Assembly (NCBI GenBank): GCA_963830545.1
Contig: CAWHMK010000002.1
Span: 25,749 to 89,748, forward strand
Origin: Vulcanimicrobiota bacterium
GTDB lineage: Bacteria; Vulcanimicrobiota; Vulcanimicrobiia; Vulcanimicrobiales; Vulcanimicrobiaceae
Reading direction: 5' to 3'
DNA: 64,000 bases
Below the pieces are notes generated by a model. That model saw only the letters and a program-made list of their open reading frames with translations. It did not search any database and was not told where the DNA came from. This document shows, piece by piece, positions 1 to 9,616 of this stretch (the first letter of the stretch is position 1; the number at the start of each line of letters is the position of its first letter). A program made the position numbers and the translations under genes.

Positions 1-683
1 GTGAACGGCGACGTATTGATTTTCGAGTTCGGGACGATGACGAGGTTTCTCTCGAAATCGCGAATCATGGTGTTGTGCCAATGGATGTCGACTACTTCGC
101 CTTCCGCGAAATCGAACTTGACGTAGTCGCCGATACGCAGCTGCCGTGCGGCGACGATTTGCACGCCCGCGAACAGGTTGCTCAGCGTATCGTTTAGCGC
201 GAGCGCAACGGCCAGGCCCCCTAATCCGAGCGTCGTCAGCAGCGGTGCGATCGCGATTCCGAGCGAACTCAGGACCGTCAGCAAACCAATGATGAGGATC
301 GCGCCTTGGACGAGCGTCGAATACAGCGACACCGAGAAGAGCGTATGTTCCGTGCGCCGGCCGAACGCTTCTATCCATGCGCCGGCGGTGCGCGCGGCAA
401 TCCACATCAGCGAAAACACGAACAATGCGCCGATGGCGCGATCGAGGAAGTTCGCCTCGCGCGCGGAGAGCGTAATATGGTCCATGCCGAGGTAGAGTCC
501 CGCGAGCGCGCCCCATAGGACGATTACGGTCCCGACGATCGACATCATCGTTTCGAGCGCGTGCCAGCCGTGCTTCGAGGTCGTGCGCCGCAGCGGCCGA
601 ACGATCAGCACGTAGGCGATGACGCCGGCGATGATTCCGCCGAGGATCCACGCCAGGGGAAGCATCTGCGCTGCTTTTCCCAT
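1..683 (-). CDS. Mechanosensitive ion channel, MscS family (N-terminal ~227 codons; gene continues past window start)
   Basis: Not in ORF track (no stop inside window). Minus-strand translation from ATG 683..681 gives MGKAAQMLPLAWILGGIIAGVIAYVLIV..., hydrophobic helices, then LGLGGLAVALALNDTLSNLFAGVQIVAARQLRIGDYVKFDFAEGEVVDIHWHNTMIRDFERNLVIVPNSKI, the MscS pore-helix/beta-domain pattern. Confidence 0.8.
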   Translation of the reverse strand, partial: MGKAAQMLPLAWILGGIIAGVIAYVLIVRPLRRTTSKHGWHALETMMSIVGTVIVLWGALAGLYLGMDHITLSAREANFLDRAIGALFVFSLMWIAARTAGAWIEAFGRRTEHTLFSVSLYSTLVQGAILIIGLLTVLSSLGIAIAPLLTTLGLGGLAVALALNDTLSNLFAGVQIVAARQLRIGDYVKFDFAEGEVVDIHWHNTMIRDFERNLVIVPNSKINTSPF

Positions 684-724
684 CGTGGCGGATACTACCC
701 GAAAATGTGCGAGAGTGCCTCTCG

Positions 725-3103
725 CTACGGATCGACGTTAATGGCTAGGCGCGTGTGGCGATTCGCTCGCGCGGCAGGCACTATGCGCTCGCGTATTGCC
801 GCGCGTACCGGTACTGCGTCGCCGGCCTTCAATGCGATGCGAAAGCGCCACTCGTCGTTCAGGCGCGCTATCGGATACGGAGCGGGGCCAAGCACTTCGG
901 CCTGCGGAATCTCTTCCAGCATCTGCGCGTACTGTATGGCCTGCTCGAGTACCTTTGGGCGATCGCGGCCGATGATGCCAAGATAGACAAGCTGCGCCGC
1001 AGGCGGATAACACAGCTCACGCCGCAGCGTCACTTCCGCGTTCGCAAAACCTTCGTAATCGTGAGCGGCGGCGCATACGATTGCCGGATGCTCCGGGCAA
1101 TACGTTTGCACGATGGCCTCGCCGGGACGCGCGCGCCCGCTGCGCCCGCACACTTGGGTCACGAGATCGAACGTCCGCTCTGCCGCGCGAAAATCCGGCG
1201 CGTGCAGTCCGATGTCCGCGGCAATAACGCCGACCAGCGTGACGCTGGGGAAATCCAGACCTTTTGCAACCATTTGCGTACCGACGAGGACGTCTGCGCT
1301 CGTTCCGAATTCGTCGAGCAGCCGCGCATGGTCGCCGATGCGCGTGGTCGTATCGCCGTCCATGCGTACGACGCGCGCGTCCGGATAGAGACGCCGCACG
1401 TCTTCCGCAACCCGCTGCGTGCCCACGCCGAACTCGCGAATCGTTTCGGAGCCGCAGACTTCACACGCCGCCGGCAGCGGCCGCTGCGCATCGCAGTAAT
1501 GGCAGCGCAGCAACCCTTCTGCTCGATGAACGGTGAGCGAAACGCTGCAGCGATTACATTCCGGCACGAATCCGCAAGCGCGGCACAGGATGAAACCCGA
1601 GCTCCCCCGGCGGTTGACGAACAGCACCGACTTTTCTCCGAGTTTCAAACGCTCGCTCAGCGCCTGCGAGAGCAGCGTGCTGAAGATGCGCCTATTGCCG
1701 GCCTCGAATTCTTTGGCCATGTTCACCACGTGCACCGTAGGCAGCGCTTGACCCGTAGCGCGCAGCGGCAGCCTGACGTATTCGATGCGATTGCGCCGCG
1801 CCGCGTCGTAGCTCTCCAATGCCGGGGTAGCACTTCCGAGCACGACCACTCCGCTTTCCAAACGCATGCGCTCGCGCGCAACCGTGACCGCGTGATAGCG
1901 CGGTGCCGAATCCTGCTTGTAGGTCGATTCGTGCGCCTCGTCGACGACGATCATCCGCACGTCGCTCAGCGGCGCGAAAACAGCGCTGCGCGCTCCGACG
2001 ACGACATCCACGTCACCCCGCGCACACGCCTGCCACGCATCGAAGCGTTCGCGCTCCGAGAGCGCGGAGTGAATCACCGCAACGCGCCCGGCGAATGCGC
2101 GCTCGAAACGACGCGCCGTCTGAGGCGTCAACGAAATCTCCGGAACCAAAACGATAGCGCTGCCGCCGGCGCGCAGCACGTGCTTAATCGACTCGATGTA
2201 CACGTACGTCTTGCCGCTGCCGGTGATCCCGTGCAGCAGTGTCTCGTGAAACGCGCGAGCATCGGTGCGCTCCCTCAGCATGGCGATCGCTTCCGCTTGT
2301 TCCGGCGTGGGATCGAATTCCGCCATCGCAACGGGCGTCGCTCGCGCGCTCGAACGCTTCGGGGCCACTTCTTCTTCCCGAATGACGCCTGCGTTGAGCG
2401 CGCGGCTTATTATCGCGGGCGAAAATCCCGCGAGCAACGCGTCGGCACGTGGAACGCCGGGTTGCTGCCGCACGAAATCCAATAGCGCAGCAGCCTTCGG
2501 ACCTCGGATGACGCCGGTTCCGGGCTGGAGCACCTTCACGCGATATTCGTGCGTCCGCGGATCCGCAACGCGCCGTTCGCGCCGGATTTCGCCGCTGCGC
2601 ACGAGGACGTTTACGTGGCGCAGAAGGGTAGATCGGTCGCCGGTTCGGCGCGCGTCTGCATGCCGCAGCAGATGCTCGAGCGCGAAGCCCTCGCGAAAAT
2701 CTTCCCAGATCAGCGACACCAACCGCCCGGGAACGGATGGATAGCGCTGCCGGTTCGGCTCGCCGACGGTCAGCACGAACGTGTCGACGGTACGCGGAAC
2801 CGCTGCGTTCAGCACGACTGCCGTCAGCGCTTCGCCCAGCGTACACACGTAGTAATCGGCCACGAATCGTGCGAGCGCGAGACCGATCTCGTCAAACGCG
2901 CGCGGAACCCGCGGCGCCTCGATGACTTTGCGCAGCGGGCGATCCGACTCTCGCAATTCCGGCGCGGACACCACGAATGCAATTTCCTCGCGCGTACCGA
3001 GCGGAACGCGGACGACGTCGCCGATGCGAAGGCTGAGATCGGCGGCGTCGTAACTCAGCGGCAGATCAAAACGCGACGAGCGGATGGCCGCCAGCGCGTC
3101 CAC
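725..3103 (-). CDS. priA: Primosomal protein N' (replication-restart helicase PriA)
   Basis: ORF 725..3583. Walker A GITGSGKT, DEAH box VVDEAHE, Cys-rich Zn module CRACGFVPECNRCS..CHYCDA..CEVCGS. Start placed at in-frame GTG 3103, 8 nt after the aroB stop. The Arg-rich upstream extension overlaps aroB and is not credible coding. Confidence 0.9.
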   Translation of the reverse strand: MDALAAIRSSRFDLPLSYDAADLSLRIGDVVRVPLGTREEIAFVVSAPELRESDRPLRKVIEAPRVPRAFDEIGLALARFVADYYVCTLGEALTAVVLNAAVPRTVDTFVLTVGEPNRQRYPSVPGRLVSLIWEDFREGFALEHLLRHADARRTGDRSTLLRHVNVLVRSGEIRRERRVADPRTHEYRVKVLQPGTGVIRGPKAAALLDFVRQQPGVPRADALLAGFSPAIISRALNAGVIREEEVAPKRSSARATPVAMAEFDPTPEQAEAIAMLRERTDARAFHETLLHGITGSGKTYVYIESIKHVLRAGGSAIVLVPEISLTPQTARRFERAFAGRVAVIHSALSERERFDAWQACARGDVDVVVGARSAVFAPLSDVRMIVVDEAHESTYKQDSAPRYHAVTVARERMRLESGVVVLGSATPALESYDAARRNRIEYVRLPLRATGQALPTVHVVNMAKEFEAGNRRIFSTLLSQALSERLKLGEKSVLFVNRRGSSGFILCRACGFVPECNRCSVSLTVHRAEGLLRCHYCDAQRPLPAACEVCGSETIREFGVGTQRVAEDVRRLYPDARVVRMDGDTTTRIGDHARLLDEFGTSADVLVGTQMVAKGLDFPSVTLVGVIAADIGLHAPDFRAAERTFDLVTQVCGRSGRARPGEAIVQTYCPEHPAIVCAAAHDYEGFANAEVTLRRELCYPPAAQLVYLGIIGRDRPKVLEQAIQYAQMLEEIPQAEVLGPAPYPIARLNDEWRFRIALKAGDAVPVRAAIRERIVPAARANRHTRLAINVDP

Positions 3104-3111
3104 GCAGCGGA

Positions 3112-4161
3112 CTAGCGGAATTCCTGGCCTCCCGGCGGCGACGCGATGCGTTGCAAAACGGCGCGCACGATGCGGGTGGGAACGGCGACGCCGTACTCTA
3201 CGTCGCCAATCGCGCGTGGCAGAACGAATCGCAGCTTTCCATCCCGCTTTTTCTTGTCGGTGCTCATTGCGGCCAGGATCCTCGACGGCGACTCCCGCGT
3301 CCACACCGGCATTCGCAGCAGCGCGAGCAGCGTCAGCACGCGCAAATGCTCGTCTCGCGAAAAACGGCCGGTGCGCAGCGCAAGCAGCCCGGCCGCGCGC
3401 AGCCCGATGGACACTGCGGCACCATGGGATACGCGATAGTTGGACGCGCGCTCGATTGCATGGCCGAACGTGTGGCCCAAATTCAGCGTTTCGCGAATTC
3501 CGTGCTCGAGGCGGTCGTCGGCGACGATCATACGCTTCACGTTCTGCGCTTCCGCGACGATGGTTAGCCATGGCCAGCGCCAAAAGTCGTGCGGCGCGAG
3601 TGTTTCGAGCGCGTCGAACAAATCGTTGCCTTCGATGACGGCGTGTTTGACGACCTCGGCGAGTCCCTCGCGAAGGTTACGGTATGGTAACGTGCGCAGC
3701 GCGTCGACGTGCGCAAATACGGCAACCGGTTCGCTGAACGTGCCGGCGAGATTCTTGCCGGCCTTCAAATCTACGCCTGTTTTTCCTCCGATTGCGGCGT
3801 CGACCATCGCAACGAGCGATGTTGCCAGATGAATGTACGGCACGCCGCGCATGTAAACGGATGCCGCAAAGCCGAAGAGATCGCTCGCCACGCCGCCTCC
3901 CACGCCGACGATCGCCGTCGTACGGTCCGCCCCGGTGCGTACCAGGGCATCCAGTACGAACTCCAGCGTGGAAAGCCGTTTGCGGCGCTCGCCCAGTTGG
4001 AACGGAAGCAGCGCAATGCGGCCCGGGATTCCGCGTGTCAGCGTACGCGCATATTGCGCTACGTTCGTATCGCACAGCACCGCGTACTGGGGGAGGCTCC
4101 GATCGCGAACGAACCGGCGCAGCGAATCGCGCACCGATTCCTCGACGGCGATCTCCGTCAC
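3112..4161 (-). CDS. aroB: 3-dehydroquinate synthase
   Basis: ORF 3112..4488. GVGGGVASDLFGFAA, AMVDAAIGGKTGVD and NLGHTFGHAIE motifs. Start at GTG 4161 overlapping the aroK stop (GTGA). Confidence 0.9.
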   Translation of the reverse strand: MTEIAVEESVRDSLRRFVRDRSLPQYAVLCDTNVAQYARTLTRGIPGRIALLPFQLGERRKRLSTLEFVLDALVRTGADRTTAIVGVGGGVASDLFGFAASVYMRGVPYIHLATSLVAMVDAAIGGKTGVDLKAGKNLAGTFSEPVAVFAHVDALRTLPYRNLREGLAEVVKHAVIEGNDLFDALETLAPHDFWRWPWLTIVAEAQNVKRMIVADDRLEHGIRETLNLGHTFGHAIERASNYRVSHGAAVSIGLRAAGLLALRTGRFSRDEHLRVLTLLALLRMPVWTRESPSRILAAMSTDKKKRDGKLRFVLPRAIGDVEYGVAVPTRIVRAVLQRIASPPGGQEFR

Positions 4162-4679
4162 AACGCGATGTTTTTCTTGTTCAGCCACTGCGCGATATTC
4201 TCCACGATCTGCGCAGTGCTCATGTCCTCGGCCTCGACCACGAAATCGGCGTGCGAGTAGCGCGGCATGCGCGCGGTGTACAATTCCTTGATCTTGGAAA
4301 GCGAGGGCGCGGGACCGATGAGCGGGCGAACGACCTTGCTGCGCCGCAGCCGCCCCAAAATTTGTTCCGGCGGAACCTTCACGAACACGCGATACGTGCG
4401 CTTCTTCAGCAGCTTCAAACTCTCGTCGTAGGTCACGGCGCCGCCGCCCAGCGCGATGATACCGGGTTCGTCTTCGAGGATGGAACAAATCGCCTCGTAT
4501 TCGTAGAGCCTGAATTGCCGCTCGCCCTGCGCGTAGAATATATCGCTCACGGGGCCATGGCGCGTCACCACGATTTCATCGACGTCGTAAAACTTCAGTC
4601 CCAACCTGCGGGCGAGCTTCTTGCCGATCGTCGATTTGCCGGCTGCCATGAAGCCGGTCAGGGCTACGTGCTTTTTCAT
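4158..4679 (-). CDS. aroK: Shikimate kinase
   Basis: 173 aa with P-loop GFMAAGKSTIGKKLA. Size and position between aroC and aroB fit shikimate kinase. Confidence 0.9.
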   Translation of the reverse strand: MKKHVALTGFMAAGKSTIGKKLARRLGLKFYDVDEIVVTRHGPVSDIFYAQGERQFRLYEYEAICSILEDEPGIIALGGGAVTYDESLKLLKKRTYRVFVKVPPEQILGRLRRSKVVRPLIGPAPSLSKIKELYTARMPRYSHADFVVEAEDMSTAQIVENIAQWLNKKNIAL

Positions 4680-5852
4680 TCACTCTCCGCGCGCACCGGC
4701 GGACGCGCCATCGAATAAAGTTGCAGCGGCGGCGGTGCTGCGACGCAGATTATCGAGCGTCTCTTCAATCGAATCGCCGCCGTACTTTTCGAGTACCGGC
4801 GCCGTGAGCGCAAGGCGAACCATGGCCTCACCGACGACAGCCGCGGCCGGAACCACGCACACGTCGCTGCGCACGATTGACGCGGGCGCAGCGGTTTTCT
4901 CGTGCAGATTCACCGACGGCAGCGCTTTCATCAGCGTGGGAATCGGCTTCACGCTCACGCGCAGCACGATGGCCTGGCCGTTGCTCATGCCGCCCTCGAT
5001 GCCGCCTGCGCGGTTGCTGCCTCGAACGACGTCTTCGTTTTCGAATGCGAAGGTGTCGTGCGCTGCAGATCCCGGACGCGAAGCGAGGTCCGCACCGAGT
5101 CCCACTTCGACCCCCTTCACGGTTTGCATCGCCATCAGTGCGCCGGCAAGTACGCCGTCCAGGCGCGTATCCGGCTGCCGGTTGCTCCCGATACCGGCCG
5201 GAACGCCGTCTATGCGCACCACGTACTGGCCGCCGAGCGTGTCGCCGGCACTCTTCGCTTCGTCGATTGCGGAAATCATCCGCCGCGAAGTTTCCGCATG
5301 TGGGCAGCGCACGTCGCTTTCCTCGACGTCCCCAGGCGAGAACTCCTCGAGCGCAGGCGATTCCACGCTGCCGATGCGGTGCACGTACGACCGCGTCGTT
5401 ATACCGAGTGTCTCCAAAAATTGGGCGCAGATTGCACCGATGCCGACGCGCAGTGCGGTTTCGCGCGCGCTTGCGCGTTCGAGCACGTTGCGCAAGTCGC
5501 GGTGCCGGTATTTCAACGCTCCCGCGTAATCCGCGTGTCCGGGGCGCGGGTTCGTGAGCGGCTTTCCGTGGCCGGTAATCGGATCCATGAGTTCGCGTGC
5601 GTTCTCGAAATCGCGGTTGCGAATCATCAGGGCGATCGGCGAGCCGAGCGTGCACGAACCGCGCACGCCCGCTAAAAACTCGATTTCGTCGCGCTCGATT
5701 TTCATTCGCGCGCCGCGCCCGTGGCCGCCTTGCCGCTTCGTCAGCTCGGCGTTGATTCGCTCGGAATCAAGACGCAACTGCGCGGGAATGCCGTCCAGAA
5801 TACCGACCAGCGCCGGTCCGTGAGATTCGCCTGCGGTCAGATAGCGGAACAT
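4680..5852 (-). CDS. aroC: Chorismate synthase
   Basis: 390 aa. N-terminus MFRYLTAGESHGPALVGILDGIPA and GGMSNGQ motif are typical of chorismate synthase. Confidence 0.95.
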   Translation of the reverse strand: MFRYLTAGESHGPALVGILDGIPAQLRLDSERINAELTKRQGGHGRGARMKIERDEIEFLAGVRGSCTLGSPIALMIRNRDFENARELMDPITGHGKPLTNPRPGHADYAGALKYRHRDLRNVLERASARETALRVGIGAICAQFLETLGITTRSYVHRIGSVESPALEEFSPGDVEESDVRCPHAETSRRMISAIDEAKSAGDTLGGQYVVRIDGVPAGIGSNRQPDTRLDGVLAGALMAMQTVKGVEVGLGADLASRPGSAAHDTFAFENEDVVRGSNRAGGIEGGMSNGQAIVLRVSVKPIPTLMKALPSVNLHEKTAAPASIVRSDVCVVPAAAVVGEAMVRLALTAPVLEKYGGDSIEETLDNLRRSTAAAATLFDGASAGARGE

Positions 5853-5906
5853 CCGCTACTCTCTTGGCGGGCGAACGCGGGCGTCCTACCGGACCGGCCG
5901 CCGCCG

Positions 5907-7121
5907 CTAGGCTTCGCCTTTGATCGCCGGTTTGAGCAGCACCTTGGTATAACCGTCTTTACGCAGATCGAATTTTTCGTATGCGTCCGGCGCGGCTTCC
6001 AGCGGCAGACGATGACTCACCAGGAAACTCGGCTTTGCCAGCCCGGCGACGATCAAATCGCGCAGATATTCGTTGTAGCGCTTCACCGGAGCCTGTCCCA
6101 TCTCGACGGTTACGCCTTTGTTCCACGCCGAGCCAAGCGACATGGTGAATTTGCCTTGCTTTTCTTGATCGGTGACGCCGCGCGGATCTTCTTCGAAGTA
6201 CACGCCGATGAGACCGATGCGTCCCGTCGGATTCACGACGCGAATGCAGTCTTCGAGTATCTGGTTCGGATCCTGCGTCTGTCCGGCCGCATCGTCTTTA
6301 TACGCTTCATAGCCGACTGCATCGATGGCGCACATCACGCCGGGCATTTTGTCGCCGGCGCCCGCGCGTAAATTCTGAACTTGCTCGCGGTGCGGCTTGC
6401 GCAGCTCGATGATTTGCTCCACTGGATCGCTCTTGCTGAAGTCGACGGCAACCGCGCCTTCGATCTGACGCACTTTCTCCAAACGCTCCGGAACGCAGTC
6501 GACGACGTAAATTTCCGCTGCTCCACGAATGCGCGCGCTCAAGGCAGCCATCAAACCAACGGGTCCTGCTCCCCAAATCGCGACGGTGTCGCCGGGCCGC
6601 ACCTGCACCATCTCGGTCGCGTGATATCCCGTCGGAAAGATATCCGCGAGGAGCACGAAGTCGTCTTCCCAGCGATCGTTCGGCGTGCCGGGAAGTTTGA
6701 GCGCGTTGAAATCCGCGTACGGAACGCGCACGTACTCCGCCTGGCCCCCTCCGAACGGGCCCATTCCGGAATACCCGTAGCCTGCGCCGTGACCGTTGGG
6801 ATTCAATGTGAGGCACGCGTTGGTGTACCCCCGATGGCAGTTGAAACAGAACCCGCAGGCGATATTGAAGGGAAGCACGACGCGATCGCCCGCTTTGAGC
6901 GAACGCACTGCCGGGCCGACCTCCTCGATGACGCCAAGGTTTTCATGTCCGAAGACGGTGCCCGCTTCCATAGGCGCGCGTCCTTCGTACATGTGCAGGT
7001 CGCTGCCGCAAATTGCGGCGGTCGTCAAGCGCATCAGCGCATCGGCAGGCTCCTGGATTTTTGGTTTGTCGACTTGCTCGACCGCGACTTTACGGGGTTC
7101 TTTCCAAACAACAGCACGCAT
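5907..7121 (-). CDS. Zn-dependent medium-chain dehydrogenase, glutathione-independent formaldehyde-dehydrogenase-like
   Basis: 404 aa. Catalytic Zn motifs CGSDLHMYEG and GHENLGVIEEVG, structural Zn CGFCFNCHRGYTNAC, Rossmann AIWGAGPVGL. Confidence 0.8.
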   Translation of the reverse strand: MRAVVWKEPRKVAVEQVDKPKIQEPADALMRLTTAAICGSDLHMYEGRAPMEAGTVFGHENLGVIEEVGPAVRSLKAGDRVVLPFNIACGFCFNCHRGYTNACLTLNPNGHGAGYGYSGMGPFGGGQAEYVRVPYADFNALKLPGTPNDRWEDDFVLLADIFPTGYHATEMVQVRPGDTVAIWGAGPVGLMAALSARIRGAAEIYVVDCVPERLEKVRQIEGAVAVDFSKSDPVEQIIELRKPHREQVQNLRAGAGDKMPGVMCAIDAVGYEAYKDDAAGQTQDPNQILEDCIRVVNPTGRIGLIGVYFEEDPRGVTDQEKQGKFTMSLGSAWNKGVTVEMGQAPVKRYNEYLRDLIVAGLAKPSFLVSHRLPLEAAPDAYEKFDLRKDGYTKVLLKPAIKGEA

Positions 7122-7188
7122 CGTCTATCCCTCCAGGGCACAGGTGTTCCCATTTTGGAACGATGCATGCGAGCACTCAAGCGAGACG

Positions 7189-7971
7189 TCAGTCGAACCG
7201 GATGCTGAGCATCGAGACCGATCCCCCGTCTATTCCCTCGACCGGAAACGTTATCTGGTCGCTCTCACGACGCACGCCGAGCACGTACACCAAGGGCAAG
7301 TAGTGATCGGGGGTAGGCGCGGCCAGGAGCGCGTCAGGTCCGATCGATTCGTAATCGACCAAAGGCGCGTCATCTCGTTCGAGCAATAGCTCGCGCACGC
7401 GCTTTTCGAATCGCACTGCCCAATCGAACGGCTCGGCGGGATGACGGCCCCACGCATAAGCGTGCAGATTGTGCACGACGTTTCCGCTGCCGACGATCAG
7501 CACTCCGTCGTCGCGCAGGGGAGCAAGTTTTTTCGCCAAGTCGAAGTGAAACCGCGGCGGTTTGGTTTCGTCGATGCTCAGTTGCACGACCGGCACAACC
7601 GCATCGGGAAACACGTGGGTCAGAACGGACCACGTGCCGTGATCCAATCCCCAACTCTCGTCGAGCGAAACCTCCGCCGGATGCAACATGGCGGCGATGC
7701 GGCGCGCAAGGGCCGGGTCGCCGGGCGCGGGATACGAAGCCTCGAATAGCTCGCGTGGAAAACCGCCGAAGTCGTGAATGGTTCGCGGGTGCGCCATTGC
7801 CGTCACGGCGGTTTCTTCCACATACCAGTGCGCCGAAATCGCGAGAACCGCACGCGGCTTGGGCAAACTGCGGCCGATGGCGTGCCACTTCTTGCCGTAC
7901 ACGTTTTCCGTGATTGCGTTCATCGGATTGCCGTGACCGAAAAAGATCGCCGGCATCGGCGCCTTATTCAT
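7189..7971 (-). CDS. Class III extradiol dioxygenase (4,5-DOPA dioxygenase / YgiD-like)
   Basis: 260 aa. PAIFFGHGNPMNA .. LAISAHW .. GSGNVVHNL pattern of the LigB-type YgiD family. Confidence 0.8.
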   Translation of the reverse strand: MNKAPMPAIFFGHGNPMNAITENVYGKKWHAIGRSLPKPRAVLAISAHWYVEETAVTAMAHPRTIHDFGGFPRELFEASYPAPGDPALARRIAAMLHPAEVSLDESWGLDHGTWSVLTHVFPDAVVPVVQLSIDETKPPRFHFDLAKKLAPLRDDGVLIVGSGNVVHNLHAYAWGRHPAEPFDWAVRFEKRVRELLLERDDAPLVDYESIGPDALLAAPTPDHYLPLVYVLGVRRESDQITFPVEGIDGGSVSMLSIRFD

Positions 7972-7974
7972 ATC

Positions 7975-8523
7975 TTACCGTTGCAGTAACGCCTCGATGT
8001 TGAGTTCTATGCGCACTTCGTCGCTGACCACGACGCCGCCCGTTTCGAGCGCGGCGTTCCAGGCCAAACCGAAATCTTTCCGGTTGATGGTCGTGTGCGC
8101 GCTGTAACCGACGCGCTGTCCGCCCCAGGGGTCGCTGGCGCGGCCCTCAAAACTCGCGGCCAACGCGACCTGGCGCGTAACGCCGTGGATCGTCAGGTTT
8201 CCGTGCACGGTGAAGTCGTCGGGCGCGCCCTCGATGCGGGTGCTATCGAAGGTGAGCGCCGGGTATTTTTCGACCTCCAAGAAATCGGCGGACTTCAGGT
8301 GGGCATCGCGCTGCTCTTCGCGCGTGTCGATGGAAGCGGCGTCAATCGTTACGTTGACGGCGCTGGGCAAGTCGCTGTCCGGGAGGACTTCGATGCTTCC
8401 CTGGAAGGCGGCAAAGCGGCCGCGCACTTTGGTGATCATCAGGTGCCGGACGACGAATTCGACCGTAGTATGGCCCTGATCGAGGGAGTAGGTGAGCTTT
8501 TCTTGTGTTTCCGTGGTCGTCAT
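7975..8523 (-). CDS. YceI-like polyisoprenoid-binding protein
   Basis: 182 aa. HTTVEFVVRHLMITKVRGRF .. LTIHGVTRQV .. FGLAWN matches the YceI family pattern. Confidence 0.8.
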   Translation of the reverse strand: MTTTETQEKLTYSLDQGHTTVEFVVRHLMITKVRGRFAAFQGSIEVLPDSDLPSAVNVTIDAASIDTREEQRDAHLKSADFLEVEKYPALTFDSTRIEGAPDDFTVHGNLTIHGVTRQVALAASFEGRASDPWGGQRVGYSAHTTINRKDFGLAWNAALETGGVVVSDEVRIELNIEALLQR

Positions 8524-8591
8524 GATACAGTCACTTTTACATACCTACTTACAGAACACAAGTACGCACCCGAAAGTAGCCAAGTTACCAC

Positions 8592-8981
8592 ATGGAAACC
8601 AAGACCCTCCCGCTTCCCAGCGACGCCGACGTTTATCAGGGCGACTGCCCGACCCGCACGATCCTCGACCGCATTGCGGACAAGTGGACGACGCTCATCA
8701 TCGGCATACTCGCGCAAAGCGAGCGGCGACGTTTCAACGAGCTCAAACGTCTGATCGGCGGAATCTCGCAGAAGATGCTCACTCAGACCCTGCGCGATCT
8801 CGAGCGCGACGGTTTGGTAGAACGCACGATGTACGCCGAGATTCCGCCGCGCGTGGAATACGCGCTCACACCGCTCGGCAAAACCCTCTGCGAACCGATC
8901 GGCGCGCTCACGCAATGGGCGCACGATCACATCGGCGAGGTCAGGCAAGCCCAGTCGGACTTCGACGGCAAAGCCCGCTGA
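8592..8981 (+). CDS. HxlR-family winged-helix transcriptional regulator
   Basis: 129 aa. CPTRTILDRIADKWTTLIIGIL .. FNELKRLIGGISQKMLTQTLRDLERDGLVER. Divergent from the yceI block. Confidence 0.85.
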   Translation: METKTLPLPSDADVYQGDCPTRTILDRIADKWTTLIIGILAQSERRRFNELKRLIGGISQKMLTQTLRDLERDGLVERTMYAEIPPRVEYALTPLGKTLCEPIGALTQWAHDHIGEVRQAQSDFDGKAR

Positions 8982-9021
8982 ATACTTGAAACAGTCGTTT
9001 CATTTATGATAAAGTACGCGT

Positions 9022-9616
9022 ATGTCGCGTCCTCCAGACGAAAAACGGCGCGCGGAGTCTGCTCGAGCGCATCGTCGATTACATCTACGCGCATGGAGTT
9101 TCGCAGCTCTCCCTGCGTCCGCTCGGTGACGCAGTAGGCTGCAGCCCGCGTCTGCTGCTCTACTTCTTTTCTTCGAAGGAAGAGTTGCTCACCGAAGTGC
9201 TCGCGGCAGCCGGAGCGCGGCAGCGCAAAATCATTGCCGGCCTGAAGTTGGACCAAATGGCAACGCCGCGCGCGGCGTGCCGCGAAATTTGGCAAGCCAT
9301 TAGCAGCCCAAAAGACGAACCGCTTTTCCGGCTCTTCTTCGAGGTGTACGGACTCGCGCTGCAAGATCGTAAACGCTACGCCAAGTTTCTGGGGCGTGTC
9401 GTCGCCGACTGGCTGCGCTTTATCGCAGAGCCGCTGGAGCGCGCCGGCTGGCCGAAACCGGAAGCCCAGGCGCACGCGACGGTTTTGCTCGCGGGATTTC
9501 GCGGATTTCTCCTCGATCTCTGCGCGACGCGCGATCGGCAGCGCGTCAACCGCGCCGTGGAATTGTGGCTGCAAATGCTCGACGATGCTTCACCGCACAA
9601 GGATATCGCCTCATGA
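9022..9616 (+). CDS. TetR/AcrR-family regulator (reading frame interrupted near 9041..9057)
   Basis: ATG 9022 (MSRPPDEK..) and ORF 9185..9616 are one protein in two frames. The +1 frame from ~9056 reads SLLERIVDYIYAHGVSQLSLRPLGDAVGCSPRLLLYFFSSKEELLTEVL (TetR HTH). Length 595 nt = 3n+1. Stop overlaps the MFS start (ATGA). Confidence 0.7.

Noticed and set aside
755-2485. 576-aa plus-strand ORF antisense to priA
   Set aside because: It has Arg/Ala/His-rich, low-complexity composition with no motif. It lies entirely opposite a well-supported gene. This is the typical shadow ORF of a GC-rich genome.
3104-3583. Long N-terminal extensions of ORF-track entries (priA to 3583, aroB to 4488, pilQ to 14518, pilM to 16973, peptidase to 17950, TPR to 18492, pilT to 22393, ftsQ to 35757, hisZ to 39272)
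   Set aside because: The extensions are Arg-rich and overlap the upstream gene. In every case an in-frame start sits at or within a few nt of the upstream stop (ATGA or GTGA coupling), and that start gives a family-typical N-terminus.
7156-7171. Sigma-54-like -24/-12 element TGGAACGATGCATGCG (GG-N10-GC) on the plus strand
   Set aside because: No plus-strand gene lies downstream; the next 1.4 kb is minus-strand coding. It is most likely a chance match.
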